A stretch of DNA of 64,000 nt from Hyaloraphidium curvatum SAG 235-1 (GCA_025558095.1 JAIVFI010000033.1:499940-563939), one strand, 5' to 3'. Positions 46,341 to 59,363 are shown, counted from the stretch's first letter. The notes: generated from the letters alone by a model not told the origin. Numbers and translations are program-made.

Positions 46341-46921
46341 GTCGAGAAAAGCGAGGCAGATGATCTCGCCAAAACAGATTCTCAAAGAGCAGCGAGGTCC
46401 TGCCGCGATACGGTGCGGAACGGGAGCGGGCGCGCTGCAAGCGGGTGGCAGTGCGTCGGCGACGCGATCGGCCGATCCGTTCCGTGGTCGGTGCGCGGCC
46501 CTGCACCGAGCTGTACACGAAAAGCGAAGCCCTGCCCCCCGAAATTTACCCGTCCATCTCGTAGAGCCACTGAGCCGTGCCCTCCACCCGACGACTTACC
46601 TCACCGGCCGCCCTCCCAGCCGCCGTGGACGCCCCCTGCAGCGACCCCGATCCTGAGCTATATCGTGCGATTTCAAGACGTGGTATGGCACCTTGCATGC
46701 TGGACCCTTTCGACAGTTAGGCTTCGGAACCAGGATTGTCGGATCCCGCGACGCGTCATCCGGTGCTGCGGAGATCGGCCTGCCCGGCATTAGACATCTT
46801 CCCGGCAATAGACATCTTCTTGATTCGCGGTGCCGGGATGGATACGCTACTATGGAGCTTCTTTCCGCATCCGCATGGGGCCTCCGACTTTCGTGTCAGG
46901 ATGCGAAGCCTGCTCAGGGTC

Positions 46922-46932
46922 CGGATAGTCGG
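46922..46932. promoter_or_regulatory. CGGATAGTCGG element upstream of sulfatase 1 (inverted copy upstream of sulfatase 2 at 49219-49229)
   Basis: Identical 11-mer, opposite orientation, at about -70 to -80 from both ATGs; CGG-N5-CGG layout. Confidence 0.45.
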
Positions 46933-47000
46933 ACGGGCGCTCATTGCAAGCGAGGCTCCGCATCCCCATCCAGGCGGCCCAGACGCGTCCGACGAGCACG

Positions 47001-49133
47001 ATGGCGTCGAATCCCGCCACGGACGCGACTAAGCGCGCCATTGGCGCGTTCTGCGAGCACCTGCCGTTCTCGGACCGCCGGGACTTCGCCGACGCCGAGC
47101 GCGGGTTCATCGCGGCGCTCGAGGACCGCTACATCAAAGCCGCCGACGGACGCGTGGTCTGGGACATGGAGGCGTATTCGTTTCTCGAGGCCGAGTGCCC
47201 GGACACCGCGAACCCTTCGCTGTGGAGGCAGAGCCAGCTCAACATCAAGTCGGGCCTCTTCGAAGTTGTCCCCGGAATCTACCAGCTGCGCGGGTTCGAC
47301 CTGTCCGTCATGACCGTGGTCGAGGGGAAGACTGGGCTCATCGTCATCGACCCGCTCATCTCGAAGGAGACCGCGGCGGCGGCGTTTGGGCTGTACGTCA
47401 AGCACCGTGGGACCAAGCCGGTCGTCGCCATGGTATACACGCACTGTGGGTCTCTGCCTACTCTATATCGCCAGTCGTGACATCAATTTCTTATGGGGCG
47501 CGTCTCCAGCCCACGTGGACCACTTCGGCGGCGTCAAGGGCATCATCTCTGAGGACGACGTCTCGTCGGGCCGCTGCCAGGTCATCGCCCCCGCCGGGTT
47601 CATGGAGCACGCCGTCTCGGAGAACATCTACGCCGGTCCCGCGATGACGCGGCGCGCGGGGTACATGTACGGCGCCGCGCTCGACAAGGGGCCCTGCGGG
47701 AGCATCGGGTCCGGGCTGGGACAGACGACGTCGACGGGGGAGCCCACGCTGATAAAGCCGACGGTGGACATCACGCATACCGGGCAGGAGATGGAGATCG
47801 ACGGTGTGCGAATGGTGTTCCAGGTGAGTTGGCCTTGAAGTCGCGGAGCGCGCACGTCATCCTGAGTTGCGCCTTCCCAGATGACCCCGGGAACCGAGGC
47901 CCCAGCCGAAATGAATTTCTACTTCCCGGACCACAAGGCGTGCTGCACCGCCGAGAACGCGACCCACACCCTCCACAACATCCTCACCATCCGCGGCGCC
48001 GTGGTGCGCGATGCCCACGCCTGGGGGCACTACCTGAACGAGACGATCGACCTCTGGGGGGACGAGATGGAAGTTTGCTTTGCGTCCCATCACTGGCCCA
48101 CGTGGGGGAACAAGAACTGCCTCGAGTTCCTCTCCGTCCAGCGAGACGTGTACCTCTACCTCCACGACCAGACCCTTCGGATGATCAACCAGGTGAACGC
48201 GAGGCCGCAGCCCGAAACCAAGACAGCCCAATGACCGCCGTTCCGTTGCGCAGGGCTACGTCGGCTCCGAGATCGCCGAAGTCTTGAAGGTCCCCCCGCA
48301 GCTCGAGGCCGCGTGGCACGCACACGGCTACTACGGCACCTTCTCGCACAACATCAAGGCCGTGTACCAGCGCTACATGGGATGGTACGAGGGCAACCCC
48401 GCGAGGCTGTGGCCCCACCCGCCCGAGGACTCGGCAAAGAGATACGTGAAAGCGATGGGCGGCGTCGAGAAGGCGGTGGAGGTGGCCAGGGAGGCGTACG
48501 AGGAGGGGGATTACCGCTGGGCGGCGCAAGTGCTGGACCACGTGCTGTTTTCCAACCCGAATCACCCGGGCGCGAGGGAGCTGCAGGCCAACACGTTCGA
48601 GCAGCTGGGGTACTACGCCGAGAGCGGTACTTGGTCGGTGCCGTGCTCCTTGCTCGCTGGGACTTGAGCTCATCGGGGCCTCGGTGTCGTGCAGGCGGAG
48701 CGCCTACCTTGCCGGCGCACACGAGCTCCGCAAGGGCAACTTTGGCACCCCCGCCGGTGGTTCTATCCCCGACTTCCTCAAGGCCATCACCGTCTCGCAG
48801 CTCCTCGACTCGATCGCCATCCGTATCGACGGGCCCAAGGCCTGGGATGAGAAGCTGCTCATGTCGTGGGCCATCACGGACGAGGACAAGGTCTACGTCG
48901 CCGAGCTCCGCAACGGCGTGCTGAACCACAAGACGGCGGCCAAGCCGGCGGCGGGATCCACCATCTTTACGCTTTCAAAGGCCGTTCTGACGGGCATCTT
49001 GACGCGGCAGATTGAGTTTCCGAAGGCGGTGGCGGAGGGGCTCGTCAAGGTGGAGGGGGATCCGGGCGTGCTGCGGAGACTGGTCGCCGTTCTGGCGGAG
49101 TCGGACCCGAACTTCTCGATCGTGACGCCCTGA
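47001..49133 (+). CDS. Alkyl/aryl sulfatase (SdsA1/BDS1-like; metallo-beta-lactamase + dimerisation + SCP2 domains), copy 1
   Basis: NPSLWRQSQLN, IYQLRGFDLS, YTHS|HVDHFGG, TPGTEAPAEM, HNILTIRGA.VRD, FASHHWP, GYYGTFSHN.KAVYQRY.GWY; four introns. Confidence 0.92.
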
Positions 49134-49299
49134 CTGTTGTGGATGCAGGCGCCGAAAAAGAGTGCCTGGGCGGGGTAATCGTCGGAATGGCGGTCGGTCA
49201 GACCCTGGCCAGGGTCGGCCGACTATCCGCGTCCCCGCACCGCTCCTCCGAACTGTGTCCCGCCCGGCAATTCCCCTTGCGGGCGAGGACAAAAAAGAA

Positions 49300-51539
49300 A
49301 TGGGCTCGCACCCGGCGACCGAGGCGACGAAGCGCGCGCTTGGCGAGTTCGCCAGGCACCTGCCGTTCGCGGACAAACGCGACTTCGAGGACGCGTCGCG
49401 CGGCCTCATCGCCGCGCCGGAGGAGCGCTACGTCAAAGCCGCCGACGGCCGTGTGGTGTGGGACATGGAGGCGTACGCATTCCTGGAGGCCGAGTGCCCC
49501 GACACGGCGAACCCGTCGCTGTGGCGGCAGAGCCAGCTCAACATCAAGGCCGGCCTGTTCGAAGTTGTCCCCGGGATCTACCAGCTCCGCGGGTTCGACA
49601 TCTCGGTCATGACCGTCGTCGAGGCTGAGACAGGCCTCATCGTCATCGACCCGTTGGTCTGCAAGGAGACGGCAAAGGCCGCCTTCGCTCTGTATCTGAA
49701 GCACCGCGGCAAGAAGCCTGTCGTGGCAATGATCTACACCCACTGTGGGCCTGTCCTGCCTCGCTTCTGTCGAATCGGTGTCCTGATTTTGCGTTACCGG
49801 CACTTTCAGCCCACATCGACCACTTTGGCGGCGTCAAGGGGATCATCTCCGAGGAGGACGTCTCGTCGGGCCGCTGCCAGGTCATCGCCCCCGAGGGCTT
49901 CCTCGAACACGCCGTCGCGGAGAACGTGTATGCGGGGCCCGCCATGTCCCGCCGAGCGGGGTACATGTACGGTGCGGCGCTCGAGAAGGGGCCGTGCGGG
50001 AGCATTGGTTCGGGCTGCGACAGACGACGTCGACGGGGGAGCCCACGCTCATCCCGCCGACGGTGGATATCAAGCACACGGGGCAGGAGATGGTGATCGA
50101 CGGGGTCAGGATCGTGGTCCAGGTGGGCGACGGGCGTCCTGCTCCTCTCCCACGGAAAGCCCAACCCCTCCTTCCCTCGAAGGTCACCCCCGGCACCGAG
50201 GCCCCCGCCGAGATGAACTTCTACTTCCCCGACCACAAGGCCTGCTGCACGGCCGAGAACGCCACCCACACCCTGCACAACATCCTCACCATCCGCGGCG
50301 CCGTCGTGCGCGACGCCCACGCGTGGGGGCACTACCTCACCGAGACCATCGACCTCTGGGGGGACGACATGGAGGTGTGCTTCGCGTCGCAGTGGGTTCG
50401 CGGAGTGATCGGCCTCGGAGGCGCGCGCGCTGACCTTGTCGCTCTCGCTCGTCAGCCACTGGCCGACGTGGGGGAACAAGAACTGCCTCGAGTTCCTGTC
50501 GATGCAGCGCGACGTCTACCTCTACCTGCACGACCAGACCCTGCGATTGCTGAACCAGGTGACCGCGCCGCGCTTCGCCCGCGGGACCGCCATCCGCTAA
50601 CCCGCATCCCGCCAGGGCTACGTCGGCTCCGAGATCGCCGAGATGCTCCGCATCCCCCCCGCCATCGAAACTGCCTGGCACTGCCACGGGTACTACGGTA
50701 CCTTCTCGCACAACATCAAGGCGGTGTACCAACGGTACGTGGGATGGTACGAGGGTAACCCCGCCAGGCTGTGGCCCCATCCGCCCGAGGACTCGGCGAA
50801 GAGATACGTCAAGGCTATGGGCGGCGTCGAGGAGGCGGTGGAGGTGGCCAGGGAGGCCTACGAGGAGGGGGACTACCGATGGGCGGCGCAGGTGCTCGAC
50901 CACGTGCTGTTTTCCAACCCGAACCACGCGGGCGCGAGGGAGCTGCAGGCCAACACCTTGGAGCATCTGGGCTACTACGCCGAGAGCGGCACCTGGTGGG
51001 TATCTGACCGGGCCGCCGGGCGTTCCCTCTCTCACCGCCGCCCCGCCAGGCGGAGCGCCTACCTCGCCGGCTGCGCCGAGCTCCGCAAGAGCATCTTCGG
51101 CACCCCCATCGGCGCCGCCGCCCCCGACATCTTCCGCGCCCTCACGATCCCGCAGCTCTTTGACTCGGTCGCCATCCGCGTCGACGGGCCCAGGGCGTGG
51201 GACCTGCGGCTGAAGCTGTCGTGGGTCATCACGGACGAGAAGAAGGTCTACGTGATGGAGCTGCGGAACGGGGTGCTGAACCACAAGACGGCGCCCGCGC
51301 CGGCAGAGGGGTCGACGGTGTTCACGCTGAGCAGGGAGGTGCTGGGGGGGCCGTTCACGCGGCAGCTGGAGCTCGAGAAGGCGGCCAAGGACGGGCTGGT
51401 GAAGATCGAGGGGGACGCGGGGGTGCTCGCGAAGCTGGTGGCGGTGCTGCAGGCGCCGGATCCGAACTTTGCCATCGTGACGCCCGGAGGTGCGCCGGGG
51501 CGACCTGTTGCCCGAAAAGGACGTCTCGATCGCATATAA
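49300..51539 (+). pseudogene. Alkyl sulfatase copy 2 with a 1-nt frameshift (pseudogene or assembly error)
   Basis: Tandem paralog. Near 50010 it reads ggt tc-ggg ctg where copy 1 has ggg tcc ggg ctg. Extra intron ~50393-50455 in SHHW. The TGA of copy 1 is GGA here, giving a 17-aa extension. Confidence 0.75.
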
Positions 51540-51715
51540 TCTTATTGTAGGATCACAGTCTCCCAATATCTACAACCTACATCCGCGTGGCCAAAGACAG
51601 TGCGTATCTACAAGTGGGTATCGTGTCGTGCCCCAGGCTCGCCATGGTCCAGAAGTCGCTGCCAAAATGTCGCGGAAACCCCCATGTCCCGCCGCACAAG
51701 TCCAATCTCCGTCGT

Positions 51716-52260
51716 CTAGTACGGCTTGTACCTCCCCGAGTCGGCCTCCGGGACGCGGTAGACCGGCACCGCCTCGCCCCTCGCACCCGCCCTCTCCGTC
51801 GTGCTCTTCAGCAGCCCGTGGGTGCCGAGGAAGTTGAGGAACACCCTGCCCTTGTCGACCGGCACGTTCTGCATCCGGACATTTTAGTCGAACTCGATGC
51901 CGCGGGGCTGAGGACGCGTTGCTCACCCGCGCGAGCAGCTCCCCCAGCAGCACCGGCTCGGGGATGGCCCCGTGCTCCCCCCTGCTCCGGACCAGCCTGG
52001 CGAGGCGGAAGTACATCGCGACCACCATGAGCCAGCGGGGGTTCTCGCGGCGCACGGGCACGGCGACCAGCGTCGAGCTCGAGTCGGAGGGGAGGGGAGG
52101 GAGAGGGCGCTTGCGCGGGGTCGTGGGGGCCGGGAACAGCGCTGCTCGGCAGACGCCATCAGAACCGTCCTCAAATGGTGTTTGCGGTAGCGCGGTGCCC
52201 ACTTCTGACGCGCCTGAGCGGGCGCTCCTGCGCGCGGCGCTGTTTGGCGGCCTTCGGCAT
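51716..52260 (-). CDS. Small hypothetical protein
   Basis: Spliced ...WLMVVAMYFRLARLV...LLGELLAR|NVPVDKGRVFLNFLGTHGLLKST...YKPY* with a clear GTGAG..CAG intron. Start uncertain. Confidence 0.4.
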
Positions 52261-52547
52261 TGCGTGCGCGTGCGGGCCGGCCGGCCTCGGGAGACGGCAA
52301 ACAGGCTCGGAACCGGCGGCAGCCAGACGATGCGCCGCACGCAAAGGTCTAAGCTCGACAGGAGTCCGTCCGGCCTTCGAGGAGGAAGCACGGGGCCGGG
52401 GAATTCGAGCGTAAACAAGGTGTTTGGCGTTCGGCTGGCGCCGATCAACTTCCCCAGTCGGCACTGGGCTCAAGCACACTCGAGCTAGCTCGGTACTGGT
52501 CATAGTCCCCATAGATACGCTCCTAATATACAACATATTCTCCGGAC

Positions 52548-55500
52548 TCACGCTCCATCGGCTCCTGCATCGGCTCCCGCATCAGCTCCCGCGTCCACTC
52601 CATCCCCTCCAACGGCATCGTCCCCTCCCCGGCTCTGAACGTCCACCGCGCCCGCATCCGCGTCGGCCCCGTCGTCCGGCGGCGGCGCAGATCCGGCCGA
52701 CCCGCCGCCGACGGCACCGGTGATCGCGTTCTTGAGCCTGTCGAGCTCCCCGCGCAGCTTGGAAAGCAGGTCCGGCACCTTGAGCTCCTTGCCCAGCTTG
52801 TTGACCAGGTCGGTGACGGCCGACATGATGCCGCCCGAGGAGCCGGTAGGGACCGACTTGGTCGTCGCGGGCGGGTTCTTGGGTTCGCCGGCCTCGCCCT
52901 CGCCGACGGTCGACCCCGAGTCGCTCGCGCCCTCGCCGCCCTCGCCGCCCTCGGAGCCTGCGGTGCCCTCGCTGTCCGACGCACTGTTGAAGACCCACGT
53001 CAGCAGATGACCGCGGCGCGCGAAGGTCGGATACCCACCCAGCCCTGGCCCCCGCGTCGTCACCTGCACCTGATCCGGCGTCGTCTCCTCCGGCCCCTGC
53101 TGCCCCAGAGTCGTCCCCTCCGGCAGCGGCGGCGCCGGTGTCGTTTCCCCCTGCGGCACCGGAATCGTCGTCCCCGGCCTTGGCTGCGCCGGAATCGTCG
53201 TCCCCGGCGGAAGCTCCAGCGTCGTCTCCCCCACCCCCAGCGCCCGAGTCGTCGCCGCCAGCCGCAGCACCCGAATCGTCGCCACCGGCTGCGGCGCCCG
53301 CGTCGTCGGCCCCTGCGGATGCGCCTGAGTCGTCGCCACCTGCAGCTGCGCCCGAGTCGTCGCCACCAGCGGAGGCGCCCGCGTCGTCGCCGCCGGCTGC
53401 GGCTCCCGAGTCGTCGCCACCTGCCGAGGCACCCGAGTCGTCGCCACCTGCAGCTGCGCCCGAGTCATCGCCACCAGCTGCAGCCCCGGTGTCATCTCCC
53501 CCAGCGGAGGCACCCGAGTCGTCACCACCTGCAGCTGCGCCCGAGTCGTCGCCACCTGCAGCTGCGCCCGAGTCGTCGCCTCCAGCGGATGCGCCGGAGT
53601 CGTCGCCGCCCACGGAGCCGGAGTCGCCCGAACTGTGTTGGCAGAGCCTATTAGCAGTGCACGGGGGCGGAAATAACGAGCCACGTACCCCGCGCCGCTC
53701 TGGTCGCCGACCGCCCCGCTGTCGTCGCCGCCGGATCCTTGGTCGCTGCATGAAGATGGTGAGCGACAACCTAAGCCAGAAGGAGGGCAGACCAACCTCG
53801 ACCCAGCGCCCGAATCGTCGCCGCCCGCACCCGCACCCGAGTCGTCCCCGCCGGATGCGGCCCCCGAATCGTCGCCGCCCGAGGCAGCGCCCGAGTCGTC
53901 CCCGCCCGAGGCAGCCGCGCCCGAGTCATCCCCTCCCGCAGCAGCTCCAGAGTCGTCCCCGCCGCCGGCCGCGCCCGAGTCGTCGCCGCCAGATGTTGCG
54001 GCGCCGGAGCCATCTCCTCCCGCGGCTGCGCCCGAGTCGTCCCCGCCGGATGCGGCGCCGGAATCGTCGCCGCCGGAAGCTGCAGCGCCGGAGTCGTCCC
54101 CACCAGATGCGCCACCCGAGTCATCCCCTCCGCCTGGAGCTGCGCCGGAATCATCGCCACCTGCCGCGGCGCCCGAGTCGTCACTGCCGCCGGATGCCCC
54201 CTGGTCGTCGCCTCCAGCGGGTGAAGAGGCGCCCGAGTCGTCACCGCCCGCGGCAGCACCCGAGTCGTCGCCTCCTCCACCTGCGCCGGAGTCATCGCCA
54301 CCTGCTGCCGCGCCGGAGTCGTCACCGCCCGCGGCAGCCCCCGAGTCGTCGCCTCCTCCACCTGCGCCGGAATCGTCGCCTCCTGCAGCCGCGCCGGAGT
54401 CGTCGCCACCAGATGCAGCAGCACCCGAATCTTCACCACCTCCAGCGGCGCCCGAGTCATCGCCAGCTTCAACTCCGCCCGAATCGTCACCTCCCGCTCC
54501 AGCCACACCGGAATCGCCGAGGTTCTCGAACCCGTCCTTCCTGTCCTCCTCGATCGGGCCACCGAGCTCGTTGCCGCCGACGATCTTGGGCCCCGAGTCG
54601 TCGTTGCCCATGTCGTCGCCGCCCGAGGATGCACCTTGATCGTCCCCGCCCGAAGCTGCGCCCGAGTCGTCGCCGCCCGAGGAGGCACCGGAGTCGTCAC
54701 CGCCCGAAGCGGCGCCGGAATCGTCCCCGCCGGCCCCGGCACCTGAGTCATCCCCACCGGCCGCGGCGCCCGAATCATCCCCGCCGCCGGAAGCTGCGCC
54801 AGAATCGTCGCCGCCGGATGCAGCAGAACCAGAATCGTCTCCTCCAGCAGCAGCGCCCGAGTCATCTCCACCCGCCGATGCGCCCTGGTCGTCTCCCGCG
54901 GAGGCTGAGGCACCGGAATCGTCGCCGCCCTCCGCGGCGCCCGAATCGTCACCTCCAGCAGCTGCACCGCCCGAGTCGTCCCCTCCAGCCGACCCTCCAG
55001 AGTCATCTCCGCCGCCGCCGGAGCCGGAATCGTCCCGTCCCGCCGAGGCGGATGCGCCAGAGTCGTCGCCGCCGGAGCCCGAATCGTCTCCTCCAGCAGC
55101 TGCCCCCGAATCATCACCGCCGCCCGAGCTCGCGCCGGAATCGTCTCCCCCGGCCCCGCCCGAAGACCCGCCGGAGTCGTCCCCGCCCGAGTCGTCGCCT
55201 CCAGCAGATGCACCCGAGTCATCCCCGCCAGAAGATGCGCCGGCGCCAGAGTCGTCTCCTCCGCCCGAGGATCCACCCGAGTCATCCCCTCCCGCGGAAG
55301 CAGATGCGCCGGAATCATCTCCACCGGCGGCCGCACCCGAATCGTCGCCGCCCGAGCCTGCGCCCGAATCGTCGCCACTGCCTCCGCCCAAAGACCCACC
55401 CGAGTCGTCCCCGCCCGAAGAAGAGTCGTCGCCTCCGGCGGATGCACCCGAGTCATCCCCTCCCACGGAAGCAGAAGCACCCGAATCGTCCCCTCCGGAG

Positions 55501-57736
55501 GATGCGCCGGAATCATCGCCGCCCGACGATCCGCCCGAATCGTCCCCGCCCGCCGAGGCGGATGCGTCCGAGTCGTCACCGCCGGACGAGCCTCCCGAAT
55601 CGTCCCCACCGCCTCCGCCGGAAGACCCGCCAGAGTCGTCCCCGCCGGCAGACGCCCCGGAGTCGTCGTCTCCGCCGGAGGATGAACGGCCGCCCGAGGC
55701 TGCACCCGAGTCGTCGTCCCCGCCGGACGACGCACCGGAATCATCCCCACCGCCGGACGAGCCGGAATCATCCCCTCCCGCCGACGCAGACGCGCCAGAG
55801 TCATCGGCGCCGCCCGAGGATGCACCCGAGTCGTCTCCGCCGGCCGAGGCCCCAGAATCATCTCCGCCAGCTGCAGCGCCCGAGTCGTCTCCCCCGGACG
55901 CGGCGCCCGAGTCATCTCCCCCGGCCGACGCCCCAGAGTCGTCGCCTCCGGCTGCCGCGCCCGAATCGTCCCCGCCAGAAGATGCACCAGAGTGGTCTCC
56001 CCCGGCAGATGCCCCGGAATCGTCTCCTCCAGCGGATGCGCCCGAGTCTTCTCCTCCCGCAGACGCACCCGAGTCGTCGCCACCCGCGGCCGCCCCGGAA
56101 TCGTCCCCGCCGGCCGACGAGGTGTCGTCGCCGCCAGCGGAAGCACCGGAATCGTCTCCGCCCGACGAGGCGCCCGAGTCGTCCCCGCCGCCCGAACCGG
56201 CCCCGGAGTCGTCCCCACCAGACGACGAGCCCGAGTCATCCCCCCCGGCGGATGCACCCGAGTCATCTCCTCCCGCAGCAGCGCCGGAATCGTCCCCGCC
56301 GGCCGACGCGTCCGCGTCGTCGCCTCCGGCCGCGGCGCCCGAGTCATCCCCGCCTTCAGATGCGCCCGAGTCGTCTCCACCTGCAGCGGCACCGGTGTCA
56401 TCCCCACCCGCAGCCGCGCCCGAGTCGTCGCCGCCGGCAGCTGCGCCCGAATCGTCCCCGCCGGCGGATGTGTCGTCTCCACCGGCCGATCCGGCGTCGT
56501 CTGTCCCTGCGGAAGCACCCGAGTCGTCCCCGCCGGCGGAGGCGTCATCTCCCCCCGCGGATGCCCCGGTGTCGTCGCCTCCCGCCGCGGCGCCCGAGTC
56601 GTCTCCCCCGGCAGATGCAGCGTCGTCGCCGCCGGCTGCCCCGGAATCGTCGCCGGCCGCTGTGCCGGTGTCGTCCCCACCCGCAGCCGCCCCGGCGTCG
56701 TCTACCCCTGCAGCGCCCGCATCATCTCCCCCTGCAGCTCCCGCGTCGTCTCCACCGGCGGCCGCGCCAGAATCGTCGCCTCCCGACGCAGCAGCGTCGT
56801 CCCCGCCCGCGGCGCCTGCGTCGTCCCCGCCGGCTGCGGCGCCCAAGTCGTCACCGCCCGGGGATGCGGCCGAGTCGTCTCCGCCGGCTGCTGCGCCCGA
56901 ATCGTCGCCCCCTGCGGCGGCCCCGGCGTCGTCTCCGCCCGAGGATGCTCCGGAATCGTCGTCGCCGGCCTTGGCCGCCCCGGAATCGTCCCCGCCGGAC
57001 GAGGCTGCGGCGTCGTCCCCGCCGGACGAGGCGGCGGCGTCGTCTCCGCCCGTCGAGGCAGCGGTTTCGTCGTCGCCGGCCGAGCCGCCTGCATCGTCGC
57101 CGCCGGTTGAGGCCGTCGTGCCGGTGCTGCAAATCGTGTCAGCCCGTGCGCGCCCGCCGCCGCGGGTTGGAACCCACCTGCCGCCCGCCCCCGCGCCGGC
57201 CGCCTTGTCCTCCTCCTTCTCCTCCTTGGTCCGCGCCTTGCCGCCCATCTTCTCGTACTGCTCCGTCAGCTTGTCCGCCTGCGCGCGGGTCTTGTCGATG
57301 GCGGCCTGCAGCTCCGCCAGCTGGTCCTGCAGCGTCTCGATGCGGTTGCGCAGCTTCGGGTCCGGTTCGGCGGCCGGCGTCGGGCTGGGCGTGCTGTCGT
57401 CCGTGGGCGTGGCCGCCTCGTCGTCTGCGGCGTCCCCGGCCTGCGCGTCCTCCCCTGCCAGCGGGTCGCCTCCCGCCCCGTCGTCGTCCTGCCGCCGCCA
57501 CAGCCGTCCCCACCGGCCCTGCCACCCCGCCGCCCGCGGGATCGCCACGGCCGGCAGCAGCACGCCCTCCGCGCCCCGCGGCGCCGCACACGCCGCGAGC
57601 AGCAGCAGGCACAGCGCCGCCCACGCCGCGCCCAGCGCGCGCCCCTGCACAAAAGGAGGTCAGCGCGCACCCGCCGCCGCGCGCGATCGCGACCCACGTG
57701 GTGCATTTTGGTTCCGGTACGCGCACGCGGCGCCAT
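52548..57736 (-). CDS. Very large secreted Gly/Asp/Ser/Ala repeat protein (GGDDSGAxx)n with helical N- and C-terminal domains
   Basis: Signal peptide (AAWAALCLLLLAACAA), RR|Q site, coiled coil KLRNRIETLQDQLAELQ, >100 repeats of ~9-10 aa, C-terminal helix IMSAVTDLVNKLGKEL...LKNAI. Several introns; 3' end uncertain. Confidence 0.8.
53060..57110 (-). repeat. Coding tandem repeat, ~27-30 nt units
   Basis: GGC/GGG GAC GAC/GAT TCG/TCC GGC GC units with synonymous variation. Confidence 0.9.
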
Positions 57737-58233
57737 CTCCCCGGTCGGGCGCGTTGGGGAGGTGGGTGAGTGCTCGTGCGGCGGGCGAGTGGGTGCAGTG
57801 CGGCGTTCGCGGGTCCTCCACACCGTCGCCCCTGGCGAGCAAAAAGTCGGCGGAACACGGTCTCCGGGGGGCAGAGAAGCAGGAGGATGGATGGAAAGAA
57901 GATTGGATGGAGCTGAGGTGGTGGATGGCCGGGATTCGTCGATCGGGAGGACGCTGGGGGCGGAACGGCTTCCCAGGCCAGGGGCGAGGGACGGGAGCGA
58001 GGGCGGTGCCGTTCCGGCGCGATCGGACGATAAGCACGGCATAGGGAGCCCTTTGTCCGTCATCCCATCACATTTCCATCGCCTCCGCCGGGCTCGTGCC
58101 CGGGCGCCACCCTCCCGTCCCGTCCCTTCGCCGCCCCGGCCAAACGCAGCTCGCCCCTGCCTCCCCACCGCCTCCATCTTCCCACCACGCCCCTCCAACA
58201 CCTCCGCTGCGCTGCGGTGCCGCGCAGCGGCGA

Positions 58234-59363
58234 TCACGCCCCCTCCCCTTTCCGCCGCGTCTCCCTCCTCCCCTCGGGCACCCCGTTCTTGGTCCTCACC
58301 CTGCGCGACTGCAGCTCGGGTATGTCGTTCCTGTAGGCCTCGACCAGCTTCTCGTGGACGTACCGGCCCGCGGGGCGGAGCTCGGGGTTGAGGTGGAGGA
58401 AGGCGAAGAGGAGGGCGTTGAACTCGGACTGGTGGCCGACGGCCCGACGAGCGCAGCGAGGAGGGACGGCGGGGTGCAACGGGAGAGCAGGGGATAGGGC
58501 GACGGATGGGAGTAGGAGGGGACGGCGGGATGGGCGGGGGAAGGGTGTCAGCTCGCCAATGGCAGCCCTCGCTCCGCGCCCGCCCACGGTACCTCAAACT
58601 TCCACCTCGTCCCCCTGTACTCCTCCCTCCTGCAGTTTGCCTTTGGATAATACGCATACCTCGCCCTGAACTCGGGGTCCAGCCCGTCCACGTCCACCGA
58701 GTCGAGGTCGCACCGCACGTCCCACTCGGTCCACGGCCTGCCGGTGCGCTCGTGGTGGTACCTGAACCGCGGCACGCCGTCGCGTTCGTAGCGCACGTTG
58801 GGCGGCGGCGGGGCGTACGGCGCGCGCGGCGAGGCGCGGGGGCGCTTGCGGGGGGAGCCGAGGGGGCGGGGTTTCGGTTTGGGCGGGGGGAAGTCCGGGG
58901 GGGAGTCCTCGCGGTCGGGGTCCTCGGGGGGCGGGGAGTGCCGCGGGAAGGGGTCCGAGAGGGGGATGCGGGTGAAGACGCGGGGCAGGCGGGGGCGGGG
59001 CGGGTCCGGGTGCGGCTCGAGGGCCGGGTCGTCGGGGGGCGCGCCCGGGGGCGGGTAGTAGCTGTAGGGCTCCTCGGGCGGCGGGGCGGCGTCGTCCGCG
59101 GGGGGCTCGCCGGCGGGCACGAAGTCGTCCTCGAGCACTTCGGCGGGCAGTTCGGTGGGCAGTTCGGCGGGGCCCTCGGCGGGCGCGATGGGCGGCGGCG
59201 ACGGCTCCCTCTCCCCCTTTGTGGGCACCGCCGGGTCCGCCAGCCGCCCGAGCGACGCCGGCGCGAGCACGGAGCACACCGACGGCGGCGGCTGCCGCTT
59301 CCTTTTCGCCCGCGGCGGCGGCTCGACGGCCGCGGCAAGCTCGGACAGGCGGGGGTTGCGCAT
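58234..59363 (-). CDS. Pro-rich protein with a conserved fungal domain (Adn1-like, putative regulator)
   Basis: WDVRCDLDSVDVDGLDPEFRARYAYYPKANCRREEYRGTRWKFE|SEFN.....LNPEL.....LVEAYRN....LQSRRVR resembles the fungal IRCD..VYPRA..Y.GNR..YE..CN..LNP..AVDSWRN..RSRRVR motif. Confidence 0.65.

Noticed and set aside
53060-57110. Regular ~27-30 nt repeats resembling a CRISPR array
   Set aside because: No unique spacers, variation is synonymous, no cas genes, and the context is eukaryotic.
53138-58044. Long plus-strand Pro/Ser/Arg-rich ORFs (1543 aa, 640 aa)
   Set aside because: Antisense shadows of the GC-rich coding repeat; the signal peptide and introns are on the minus strand.
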